From: Azolla caroliniana
Lineage: Eukaryota > Plantae > Polypodiophyta
Assembly: GCA_043228905.1 (NCBI GenBank)
Contig: JBHGNT010000007.1
Location: forward strand, 4,526,001-4,590,000
Direction of reading: 5' to 3'
DNA length: 64,000 bases
Made by a program: the position numbers and the translations under genes. Under the pieces are notes generated by a model that did not search any database, was not told where the DNA came from, and saw only the letters and a program-made list of their open reading frames with translations. This document shows positions 25,756-37,706 of the stretch, piece by piece (the first letter of the stretch is position 1; each line of letters opens with the position of its first letter).

Positions 25756-28700
25756 TTAAAGACGACGAGTGGAACAAGTCGGCGCTAATTGCGGACCGGG
25801 TTTGTCCGGATACTTTCGGTGGAAATCAGCAAGAAGATCCTGTGCATTGGCAACATGCTCGACGGGTTCCCAAGTACGTTCGCTCGGACTATAACCAAGC
25901 CAATCGACCAAGTAATAAAGTTTGTTGCGAACAAGTTTGGAATCGAGGATGGCAGCAACTTCATACTCCGGGCCAACGTCCAACTCCAGCGGGGGCGGCG
26001 GTGGTGTCACACGATCGGGAATGGTGTTTGCTTTATAAGGTTCAAGAAGAGAACAATGGAAAACCGGATGTATCTGAAGCTGCGGAGGGAGATCAAGGCG
26101 AAAGGTGACATCATTAATCTTACCCGTAATACGGAAGGGACTGAGTCGTTGATAATCCAACTTGTCGCACGGTCGAGTAGTCTTGATGTGACGATGTAAG
26201 AGCCATACTCGATCTCCGATGGCAAAAGAGGAGGGAATCCGATGACGATCCACATAAGTCTTCTGTGTGTGTTGAGCATGATGAAGGTGAGTAGAGAGAT
26301 CCATCTGGATCTTGCGTAGCCTCTCCAAATGATCCTCGGCACGAGGGTTGGTAGGTAGCTCTGAAGTGTCGATCACCGACCAGCGAGGATGGAAACCGGT
26401 ATAAGCGAAACCCGAGTCGAGGAGTGAATAGCATTATTATACGCAAACTCCGCAAAGTGGAGAATCTCGGCCCAATCGTCCTGTTGATAACTCAGGAAAC
26501 ACCAGAGATATTGCTCTAGCGTTTGGTTTGTTTGTTCCGCCTGCTCGTCGGTCTGAGGATGGTAGCCGGAGGAGAGGTTGTAGGAGACCTTGAGCATCTT
26601 GAAGAGATGCTGCCAAAATTTGGAGACAAATTGCGGGCCTCGGTCACTGATAATACTATCTGGGAGGCCATGATGTCGAAATACCTCACGCATAACAAGA
26701 GCGGCAGTTTCCTCGCTAGTGATGGCTTTAGTACATGGCACAAAATGTGCCATCTTCGTATATCGATCGACGACGGTTAGGATAGCATCGAACCCCTTCG
26801 AGACCGACAGATCTGTGATAAAAGCAAGACAAATAGACTGCCACGGCTTACTTGGAATCGGTATGGGTTTCAACAAGCCATATGGATGGTGTCGTGGCAT
26901 CTTTGCTCGACAGCAAGCATCACAGGTCCGAACGTAGTCGTCGACAAAACGGCGCATGTGGGGCCACCAAAAAGATCGTTGCACTAGCTCCAACGTCTTA
27001 GTACTACCGAAATGTCCCGCCGTATGGGTGTCGTGACAATGTTGGACGATTTGAAGGCGACAGGAGCAATCGGGGACATATACGCGCTTTTTAAAGAATA
27101 ACAAACCATCATGATATTCGAATTGTCGGTAGTCAATACCTGGTTGTTGAGACTGAGAACAGGATGCCCGAGAAGTATCAATGTGCGCCAGGATGTCTTG
27201 AGCAAAACTATCCGTCTTCAAGGTTGCATGTATGTCATCGGTAATCCGTGAATCCATCGGGGTGTGAAAAATCCGCGTCGTGTGCAATCGTGTTGGTCCC
27301 AAGATTACTTGCTTTTGATTATCAAATGTTGCGTCACCAGGACAAGGTGCAAGATATGAACGCCGTGATAGTGCATCTGCTTTTCCTTGCTGATTCCCCG
27401 GTCGATATGTGATTTTGAAGTCGAAACGCGTGAGGAATTGCGCCCACCGAGCTTGCCGTCGATTTAGTATGCGAGCGTTCTGAAAATAAGCAAGATTTTT
27501 ATGATCGCTAAAGACAATGACCTGATGTGGAGAGCCCTCTAAGAAATGCCGCCATTGTACAAATGAATCCACGATGGCTAATAACTCCTTGTCATGTATT
27601 TCGTAGTTGATTTCTGCGACATCGAATTTGCGCGAATGGAAAGCCACCGGATGCAACTCTTCTTTATCGCCTTGTTGAGAAAGGATGCTACCGAGGGCAA
27701 AATCTGATGCGTTGGCCTCCATGATGAATGGTTTGCTTGTATCCACATGAGCTAGAATCGATGCTGATGTAAAGGCTTTCTTAAGATGTCGAAAAGCCAT
27801 ATCTGCTTCTATGGACCAAAGAAATGCTTGGCCCTTCTTCGTAAGTTGTGTGAGAGGTAAAATAATCTTCGAGTAATCTTGTATAAACTTACGGTAGAAG
27901 TTAGCAAAACCTAGAAAACATTGTACATCTCGTACCGACCGTGGAATTTGCCACTCTAGTACAGTTTGGATTTTAGCTGGATCCGTGGCGATGCCCTTTG
28001 AGGAGATGACGTAGCCTAGAAATTCCACTTGCTTGCAGTCAAAGCTACATTTTTCTAGCTTGGCATAAAGACCATTCTCGCGGAGTCGCTTTAGTACTAA
28101 TAGTACATGAGAATCGTGCTCTTCCTGGGTCTTTGAATAAATCAATAGATCATCCAGATAAATGATCAAACAGATATCCAAGAGGTCTCTGAATATATCA
28201 TTTGCCATGTGTTGGAAGACTGCGGGTGCATTGGTTAGGCCAAACGGCATAACAGTATACTCGAAATGCCCATACCGCGTGCGAAAGGCGGTCTTCCACT
28301 CATCTCCCGGTCGGATCCGCACGAGGTTATACGCTCCTCGTAGGTCGATTTTAGTAAAAAACTTGGCACCATTAACTCTCTCTAAAAGACTTGATATAAG
28401 AGGAAGTGCATACCTATTCCGGATGGTGACTTTATTCAATCCGCGGTAATCAACGACAAGACGAAGTGAGCCATCTTTCTTCTTGACAAAGAAGATGGGT
28501 GCACCGGCCGGAGATTTCGAATGGCGGATGAACCCGCTTGCCAAGTTCTCCTCTATGTAGGCTCGAAGGACTTCTAACTCGGTGGGTGACAAGTTGTAAA
28601 TTGGTCCCCATGGTGGCTCGGTTCTTGGTTGTAAATCGATGGGACAGTCATAGGGACGGTGATGAGGAAGGGTACCGGCTTTTACCTTGTCAAATACATC

Positions 28701-29318
28701 GGCATAAGGATGATATTTTGCTGGAAGTTGTACTGAGGAGTCCTTCTTAATAGTGTTGGAAGGATGTACTGATATTGCAGATAGGAACATTGCCTCCTTG
28801 GGTCCTTCTTCGCGTAGTTGATGGAGTGAAATGGTCGAAACTTGGTGAGTTGATTCTTGGGGTGGTCGATATCGGACTTCTCTTGTTCTCCAATCTATGA
28901 CTGGATTATGTAATTCAAACCAAGGTAATCCTAGGACAATGGGATGCTCTAGACCACTAATTATATTAAATGATATTACACACACAAAACTACCTAGGAC
29001 AACTTGAATGGGTTCTGATTCTTCTACAATATTCCTGGAAGCAATGGGACGACCATCAATGACTACTACAGATGCGGGACAGGGAAGTTTTCTTAAGGAT
29101 ATCTGAGAAGCTTGGGCAAAATTTCGATCCATGAAACAGGAATTAGCTCCGGAATCTAAAAGTGCTAGGACGGGTACTGGGGGAGTACTTTTAGTACTAA
29201 CAATGACTTGGGCTAGGAACACATTGCTAACTTGCTTGGAAGGAATGGAACCACTAATGGGCTGTACAGATCTAGGGCTGCTGTCCAACCAAACGGCTCC
29301 TATTTTGGCTGGACTCAA
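25756..29318 (-). CDS. pol: Gypsy-C Pol (PR-RT-RH-IN-chromodomain), in the -1 frame relative to gag, with one frameshift near 26400
   Basis: A 981-aa ORF plus a 206-aa C-terminal ORF ending EYEVAAILDS..YLVDWLGY..RTWEP (group I chromodomain). Confidence 0.9.
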
Positions 29319-30481
29319 TCGTTTAACTCTTCATCTAATTGACTAAGGATTTCAAATTTATTTGAGATACTTGGGCTATTAGTACTATGAATACTATCAA
29401 ACACTCTATTAGTACTATTAATACTATTAATACTATCAGACACTCCTAAGGGAAGAATTGACTCGGGTTTAGTACAGGCTACAATTTGATTTACCTGTCT
29501 TCTTAGCCTATGGGGACAATTGATTGCGATATGCCCTAGTCCACCGCAATAAAGACATAATCGATTTGCACGTCGTCGTTGCTTTTCTTCTTCTGAGAAC
29601 GGGCCGCGTCGACGCATGGTATCAATCTCCATCGGTGTCGAAGTATTTGCTTGAGGTATGTCTCGTGCAAATGGTCTAGCCGCGACTGCGGCGTAAGTGG
29701 GCTCCGGCCTAGCGAGTGGTATCTGTAATTGACGTTCCAAACGCCGTTCGAAGAGGCGGTTGTCACATCGGACCGCTCGACTGATTGCCTCCGTAAGAGA
29801 CTTTGGTTCTTCGGGGATGGTTAGAAGTAGATCTTTGACATAATTTCGCAGGCCATAGCGAAACTGCTCCATTAGTGCTTGATCATCCCAGGGTATGTCG
29901 GAAGCGAGTAGGCAGAAATCCGCCGCGTAGGCAGAGGCTGGACGATCACCTTGACGCAATCGCCGGATCTTGTTGATCGCCGTCCTGATGCTGTCGGTGT
30001 CTCCAAAGCAGGCTTTGAACTCACCAATAAAATCTTCAAAGTTATTAAGCAAGGGCGATTGTTTTTCTAGAAGCGGAGCGAACCATGCTAAGGCTGAGCC
30101 GCTAAGCAACGTGCCTATTAAGCCGACTCGGGATGCGTCAGTGGGGTATCGGGAAGGATGCATTTGGAGGACTAATCGTACCTGATTAAGGAATCCCCTG
30201 AATTGCGATCGCGTTCCATCAAATTTCACAGGAAGTCCAATCTTCGGCTCTTTATGAAATCCTTGGGGACTTGATCCTTGTTGTTGCAATGCCGCTTCGA
30301 GTTGTTGCACCCGTAACGCTAACTCCCCATGCTTCTGCTGCATTTGTTGCTTTTCTAGAGCGATTTGTTGCGGATCCCCTATCAGCCGTTGGTTTTCTTG
30401 TTCCAGGGCAACAAACTTTTCTTTTAGGCACTGTAACTCGAAGAAAACGGATTGATATTCTTGGGCGCTAACAGTAGCCAT
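29315..30481 (-). CDS. gag: Gypsy-C Gag
   Basis: Open frame from MATVSAQ, with a coiled coil, KFDGTRSQFRGF, PMEID and the knuckle CLYCGGLGHIAINC. Confidence 0.85.
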   Translation of the reverse strand: MATVSAQEYQSVFFELQCLKEKFVALEQENQRLIGDPQQIALEKQQMQQKHGELALRVQQLEAALQQQGSSPQGFHKEPKIGLPVKFDGTRSQFRGFLNQVRLVLQMHPSRYPTDASRVGLIGTLLSGSALAWFAPLLEKQSPLLNNFEDFIGEFKACFGDTDSIRTAINKIRRLRQGDRPASAYAADFCLLASDIPWDDQALMEQFRYGLRNYVKDLLLTIPEEPKSLTEAISRAVRCDNRLFERRLERQLQIPLARPEPTYAAVAARPFARDIPQANTSTPMEIDTMRRRGPFSEEEKQRRRANRLCLYCGGLGHIAINCPHRLRRQVNQIVACTKPESILPLGVSDSINSINSTNRVFDSIHSTNSPSISNKFEILSQLDEELND

Positions 30482-33400
30482 AGTAGAGGGAAAAGGGTAG
30501 GAGGATGAGGGAGAATGACAAGTAGGCTGGAGGAAAGAGGCAAATTGGTTCAAACTGTCAGGAATAGTACTAAAGCAGAGATGGAATTAGTACTAAGAAG
30601 AGTAGTACTATTAGTACTAAGAGGACGGGACTGCGTAAGATTCCCGAGAGAGAGGAAGTGAGAAGAGGAGAGAGAGAGATAGGATGATGACAACAACTCT
30701 TATATTATATGAAAAATAAGTACAAATTGGCTAAGAGGCTTAAGACTGGTGTTGAACCAATTTGGTTCAAAACAATGCCTTGTGCCTCCTTTTATAGTGT
30801 TTTTAGGAATAATCCTGAAGCTTCTAGAATGTTCAAGAGAGATCTGGAATATACATCAATTTTCTATGATAAAGTATAAATGAAAATAATATCCTACAAA
30901 TTACAATTCATAGTCTAATGGTAAGAGCTCGACCCATGTAGCATAAGGTCATGGGTTCGAGTCTTGCCATATCATGACACTCGCGAATTTGCGCGTCTCC
31001 TTGTGTTGGTTGTCGAGGTTGCTGTTGTACACCAACACCTAGTCGCCTTCTTCGATCTTCTTTGGCCGCAGCCGGTGTGTTCAGTCGAACCAACCTTTGT
31101 TCCTCTCCCTCACCGTTTGCAACTTCGCCTTTGCCCGCTCCACGTCCTCCGGTTTTCGCTCGAGTTGTCGAATCCGTGCCACCAACAACTCTTCTCGGCT
31201 CATCTCGTTCCTCCAATCTATCGTCGCCCACGAGGAAACTGTCCGTTCCACTGGCATGACCGGTTTCTACCCGTACATTAGCTCTGCCAGCATGTACCCG
31301 GTCATCGAACGATGCGTAGTTCAGTCTGCCCACAACGCGTAAGGTAGAAGCCACGGCCAATTCCCGACCTGTCCTTCACACGCTCGCACCAGCGCCTTCA
31401 CGATTGGGCCGTGCTCTCGTTCTATCTTCCCGTTGGCCTTTGGATTGTACGCAGTAGTGAGGGAGAGCTTGACCCCTAGCCGGTCGAACAACTCTTCGGC
31501 TTCTCGCGCGTCTAGCTCCCCCTGATTGGCCACGATCTTCCCTACGCACCCGTACCGGCACACCACCTCCTCAATCAGGAATTGGCACACCGCCGTAGTC
31601 GTCTTATTTTGTAGTGTGCGGCCCTCCACTTGGTTCATCAAGTCTTCTTGTGCCAGCACCAGGTACCGTATCTGTCCTACCCCCATCCGCATCGTCACCA
31701 AATCTACCATCCATTTGAAATGGACGGTCGGGGTGTAGGTTGGGTGTAGCTCGTCTTGATGCCGGATCATGTAGTGCATCAGGCAACTCTTGCACGTCGT
31801 CACGAACTGGTGCACGTCCCGGTATAGCCCCGACCACCAATACTTCTCCTTTAGCTTCTCAAACGTGGCCCAAGTCTTGCGGTGACCGGCCCAAGGACTC
31901 TCGTGGTACGCCGTGAGCAACATCTCCCGCTCCTCCTTTCCTGCCACTATTCGTAGTGGGATGCCGCCTCTCTTCCTTGGATGCTTCCATAGGTTCCCTC
32001 CCGTAAGAAGAACCGGTACGCTTTCTTCCGGACCCGGTTAGCTTCGTCTTTCGCCCACACACTGTCCGACGTCATTGTCTTCAGGAATCTACCAATCCTG
32101 AGCCACTCCCCTTCGTGTTCACCCTTGTGAAACTCGTTAAGCATCGGGGTGCTACCTACCCTTTCTAGGTAAGCTGACTTGAAGAAGTCCTCACCGACTT
32201 CTTTGCTCTCCGAAACCATGTCGTCCTCGTCGTCAAACCGCGCTCTTGAAAGCATGTCGGCCATGGCGTTGTCCTTTCCGGAGATGTGCCGTATCTTCGG
32301 ACTCAGAGATTTGATGTACGCTATTCATCTGAGCATTGCCAGGTCCGGCATCGCGCATCCATAAACCATTCGGAGGATCGGTAGGTAGTCTGTCTCGATT
32401 ATTACCTCCTTCCCGATAAGATGATCTTTGTTTGCCTTGACTGCTGAAACAATACCCCAGAGCTCGCGCTTGACTTGGGCGTATCCTCGTTGCCGCGCGC
32501 TCAATACCTTCGCCTCGAACCGGATCAGGAACCGTGTGCCGCCCTCGTCTTCTTGACTGATCACCCATCCTATCCTGGTCGGGCTCGTATCTACGGTTAC
32601 ATAGATTGGAACGTCTCTGCCATAAACCGCTTTGCGGAGTGCCGGTGCCGCGGTCAACGCTTCTTTCAATCTCCGGACTGACTCCGTATGTTCCTCACCC
32701 GAGTCGAATTTGCGTCCTTTCTTTAGCAGCCCGTAGAGAGGTTCCACAATATGTTCGTAATGCGGAACCTAGATGTGGTAGAACGCACACGCCCCCAGGA
32801 ACCTCCGCACCTCCGTTACCGACTTGAATTCCTCCTTCATCGCGGAAATGGCTTCGACCTTTGCCGGTGATGGTTTCCAGCCATAAGGCCCGCACAAGTG
32901 ACCGAACACTAAGATTTTTGATTGACCGAACGCCGATTTTTCTCCAGAGAAGGTGAGTCATGCGCTCTCTAACCTTTGTAGCACCTTTTCGCAGTCTTTG
33001 ATGTGGTCCACAACAAACCTCCGACAACCGTCCGGTGCAACCGACTCATCCTTATCCTCCACTGGACACCCTTTTATCGGTATGTCGTCCAAAAACGGAA
33101 TGGTGATGTCTGGGATGCAATCTCTCAGTACTTTGTTCATAGCGTTCACCATGTGCGCCACCGAGTTGGTCCCCCTTGCGGCAAGGTGCACATCCGCACT
33201 AGGCCGAGAGGAGTCCGCATCATCGTAATATCCCTGCTCTCCACGGCTAGTTGGAACTGGTCATACCCCGAGTATAGATCCCAGACCGAATAGATCAACC
33301 TTCCGACGAAGGCCTCTGCAAACTCATCAATGGTCGGCCCGATACCTGCATTTCGAATGGTCACTTTATTGAGTGGTTGCAAGTCTTGAATGAAGCGCAT

Positions 33401-36348
33401 CATGCCGTTCTTCTTTGGCACAGTAAACCACCGGTTCGAATATGGGGCACTCGACAGCTCAAGGATGCCCATCTCCACCTTCTGCTTCAACAACTCCATC
33501 AACTTCGGGATGTGAGATTTGAGATTCCACCTCACATGTGGCACCGTGAATATCACCATCGGTTCTATGATCGTCGGGTCTACGCAGCCGATCTCCTCCG
33601 GCGAGAATGCGAAGGCTTTCCCGTGCCTCCCGAGCATCCTCCAAAACCGTTTCTCTTCTGCCGGCAGTAGAAACCCACCCCCACCAACCTTGAGCTCCCG
33701 TAGCGTTACGTCGGTGAACCAGTGTCCTATGCCGCCCGGATTCCGCAAACTTGGGTCGGACGCGACCCCCTTTATTCGCTCCTTGTTGCCCTCCGGCAAG
33801 GGAGCCGCGATTGGCCTCACCTTCCGGTCCACAGTCTTGTACCTCGTATCCACTTGGGCCATCCGATCCGACCCGACCCTTTTCCCGAAGTCGGTAATGA
33901 CTTCATACATTTTTACCGAGCTAACTGGAATCATCCGGTCTTCATCGAGGCCTTCTTCAGATACCTTTAGTAATTCCCCTAAGGTGTCGTTGAAAGAGAC
34001 CGCTTCCATGGTGTCGCTAATTTCCTCGTCGGGGGTGAGGACTCCGGACGCCCTGAGTCTTCCCTCCGCCCGCTTCCTTTCCCGGCTGCTGATGTCGGTT
34101 ATGGTACAACCTCTGCTTTCGGAGAACCAAAACCTCCTACCTATTATACACATGTGGGGTTCCTTTGGGGTGTCTGGACTATCGCGGCCCCACGACTTGA
34201 TAGCTCTCTTGAAAAATACCCTCGGCTGTCGCCGTCGAGGGTCTCGTGGTTACGCTCATGGTTCGGTCGTACGGTCAGGAATTGGACGGAGTGTCGTCCG
34301 TCTTGGCTTTTGACGCCCGTGTACACTGAACCGTTGTCCAACACCTTTGTTTCCATGCGTGCTACCGTAATGTACGGTTCGCCAAGAATCACTGGGTGCG
34401 AGGACGTCTCCTGCACGAAAAAGTGTTGATCTATCTCAACGTTGCCGATCTTGATGTGTACATTCGGGCACGCCCCGTGTAACTCTATAGCACGGGTCAC
34501 CGCGCGTATCTTCTAGTCGTGCTTGGTATTGATTGGCCATTTCCCCTTTTTGTAAAAGTCCATGGACATCAAGTTGATTTCTGAGCCGTGGTTTATCAAA
34601 GCCACGACCAGCTCCTGGACGTTGCCGATCCGAATAGGGGTCTCTGGCGTGGCCCTGGCCCAGTGTAAATTTCGAATAATGGCTTTCCGCCAACTCGTCC
34701 TCTAGGGCCGTGTCTTCCAGGTGCGTCGTCCGCACCTCCATGGGCTTCTCCGGTTCTAGCTTTGTCGAGAGCCGCTTCCGCTTCACCAAGTCCACGATAG
34801 AATCGTGGAACTCCTTCTTTGCGATCCCAAGCACTTCCCATAGCGACAACTCAACCTTGCTGTCGAGAATCCGCTCCTCTAGGACCTTCCGTAGGTTCGT
34901 GGTTCTTTCAATCTGAGTGCTTAGCCGGTAACCGGCTGGCTTGGGTTTGTCCGGCGCGCCGGGATTGGCGGCATCGTTCTTCTTTGGGCAGAACCGGGTC
35001 TCGTATCGTTGTGAGGGTCCAGCCCCTACGGCCTTACCCGCACGTTTATCTTCCACTAGAACCTCATAGTTTTGGCATGTGGCTTCCACGAAACCAGTCT
35101 TTTCCTCGACCGGATTGTCCCATCCGGTGACCTCCTGGATCCGCTGCTCTGCCTCTTCCTCCTTTAGCCGGACCCCGGAGAGGCCCTTTAGCACCAACGT
35201 CCAAAACCCGGAGTCTTTTGCCTTCTGATCCTCGTCGCCCCCGACCCGGATCCCCGCCGACGCTGAGTAGTGGACGGCCTCAGCGTGTCGCGCCGCGACT
35301 TCCTTCATCAACCACTTCATTCCGCCGCGCCCGGTATTCAACTCCAGGGCTTTCTGAGTCTTGCTCACATGTACCCGCCCATTCTAGAGGTACACTGCGT
35401 TAGTCCTAAGTGCTTCTGCAAAATCTGTGCACTCCTTCCGAATGTGACCGACCGTGTCACACCACATGCACCGTTGCCTTGCCGGCGGTCTCCGGTCACG
35501 AGGCTGTTCGCCGTTGTCTCTCCGGGTCTGCGCGATCTGGAGATCCCACACCATTTGTGTCAGCTCTGCTAGAGCCGATCCCCCAGAGAGACCCTTGACC
35601 ACGTCGGATGGGCCCGCACCCGACTCAAGCCATGTTCGAGTCTCATCTTTCCTTACCGATGCCGGCTCCTCGAACTTCCTTGCCAGGACCGGCCTTGCTG
35701 CTGGTGATCCCTCGACGCTCCATTCACGCCGTTTGTCGAAACGACTACAGACTTGTTTTACCACAGCCCAGTCTATCGTGAGCCCTTCGTCCGTCTCCAA
35801 TAGGAGACCCACTTTCTCCCGGTCCAATGCGTCCACCACTTTGACGAACAACAGGACCCGGCTCGTGTTGAGCACAGTCCGGTCCAGTGCCGACAACCAA
35901 GCGAACCATTTCTTAAATTCCTGGAGGAACGCATACGTGTTCCTCGCCTTTCCGGGGGTCTCCAACCACTCCATGAACTCTCGCTTTGATAGCCGAAGCG
36001 AGTCATCGAGCCCGTATTTCTCGAGGATCCGACCTTCAAACTCTCCCCAGGTCCGACATCCAGGTTGTACCTCAAGCACATATGCGTGAATGCCTGGCGT
36101 CACCACCCGAGGGAAACCCGCCAATCGCCTATCTTCCGGAACGTCCCTCATCACCATTTCGGCTCGGTAGGCCTCCAAATAACTCGTGGCGTTCTTACCA
36201 TGGAATTGGCCTATCGCGCCGACAACTACTTGGATGGCCCTGTCAAGGGTGCCCGTGCCCTCGCGAGAGGTTACTATCCGGTCAACCGCTGCCACCATGG
36301 CTTCGGCGAGCTCCGATCCCCTCATCTTGAACTCCTCTGCCGCCTTGT

Positions 36349-36366
36349 TTCACGTCGGGTTCACCA
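36349..36366 (-). other. Primer-binding site complementary to the 3' end of tRNA-Trp (Gypsy-B)
   Basis: TGGTGAACCCGACGTGAA, 6 nt inside the 5' LTR, is the reverse complement of the plant tRNA-Trp 3' end TTCACGTCGGGTTCACCA (tRNA sequence recalled, not searched). Confidence 0.85.
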
Positions 36367-37251
36367 AATTAATGTCGTGTTGTTACGCTTTCGCGTATGA
36401 AATAAGGCGGGACCGTGGGGGCCCTGAACCGAGGAGCGTGAGAGATGAGAGGGAGAGAGAGTCGCAGAAAACACAGAGAGACAGAAACAAGACAATCAAT
36501 TCCAGTCGTAGTATAGATTAAAGAGCTTGCAATGTTACAACCGGCAAGCCGGCGATAGACTCAACATGGATGAACACACACTGAAATTCGTAGTGGAGCC
36601 TCTACCGGAAGCACATGGTCTTTCACGCAGAAAAGGCAACCAACTTAATCCAAATCCCTACAGAAGCAACAACGATGGTGGAGGAGAGAGCTCGGTTCCC
36701 AGTCCGACAACACTTCGTCCTCTCAAAAAAAATGTGTGATCCTTGTATCAATCTTTTCCCCTCCCTTTTATAGGCCATCGAGGAAGATCGTTACACCCTT
36801 GGTTACATGCACTTATCCTCTGTCTCGTCGGACAGAGATACGCTTGGATCCCCTAGACATTAATGTGTACTACCTAGTATATTTACATCGCCTGAATCAG
36901 ACCTAATTATGTACAACTTAATAAATAGTGCAGCCACGCGTAAGGGCCGGTTCTTGTGTCTTTTTCCCCCGTTTCCTCCTATGGCCGGTTTTCTCCACGA
37001 CAACGTAATATTAAAAAGGAACTAAAGGATGAAAATATTGTAAACACTACCCTTGAGGAGGAAAAAATACGACGTCAAGCTCGACGCCTAAATGTACGAA
37101 CTACTGGGCTCAAGGAAGGGACATCTCCTGACGAAGATGCACAAACATTAAGGAAAATGTTGGGGTACGAAACCCTACCAATCACTAAAATTTGGAGGGT
37201 AGGACGTGACACCACTAGGAAAAGAGCTTTGGTCCTTCAGTTCAAGGACTT

Positions 37252-37706
37252 TGTTGAGAATGAAGCTCAACATAGTACAACGTGTGAACACACCTTTGAG
37301 AATCTATGTGCAGTCAAAGGTCAAGAGTCATACCACTCTCTACACATTAAACTGTGTCATAGAATCATATTCTATGACACATAACTAATGAGTTACATAT
37401 TCCCCATGACTATGAGTCTTCACATTCCCCAAGAGAGAGAGTGGTTGATGTAGTTAGTTAATGAAGAGAGAGGGTGACTATATATAAAGCACCCTCACAC
37501 TTCATACGAAGTCGGTTGTGAATCCTTGTAATGCTACATTTTGTATTTGCTATTGTATGTGTGAATATACATCTTCTTCTTGAGTATTCCTTTTTCCCTC
37601 TATCTTGTGTTCTCTCTTCTCTCCTCTAATTCCTCTCACACATACACATAACACACATCTCTTCCGCTCACACATAACACACAAGAATCACCATTGATTC
37701 TTTACA
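37252..37706 (+). mobile_element. Solo LTR (455 bp) in LINE ORF1, TSD GACTT/GACTC
   Basis: TGT...ACA termini and TATATAAAG at about 37480. It interrupts ORF1 at LQFKD, which resumes after 37711. Confidence 0.85.

Larger units (their letters stand above)
25321..30979 (-). mobile_element. Gypsy-C: Tcn1-like chromovirus, 424-bp LTRs (25321-25744, 30556-30979), TSD CTCGT/CTCGC
   Basis: LTRs differ at about 6 positions and have TGTCA..TGACA termini. PPT AGGGGGAGATAG. Domain order gag, PR (LLDSGA), RT (YLDD), RH, IN and C-terminal chromodomain. No tRNA PBS (self-priming). Confidence 0.95.
23591..37002 (-). mobile_element. Gypsy-B: degenerate non-chromovirus Ty3/Gypsy, LTRs of about 630 bp (23591-24220, 36373-37002), 4-bp TSD ACGT, tRNA-Trp PBS
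   Basis: LTR pair with TGTCGT..ACGACA termini (left terminus slightly eroded). ACGT at 23587-90 and 37003-06. gag from 36325 with a CMWC..GH..C knuckle. RT PFLDD, RNase H RELWG, IN YNP.ANG. PPT GGTGGGGATGGA. Confidence 0.9.
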
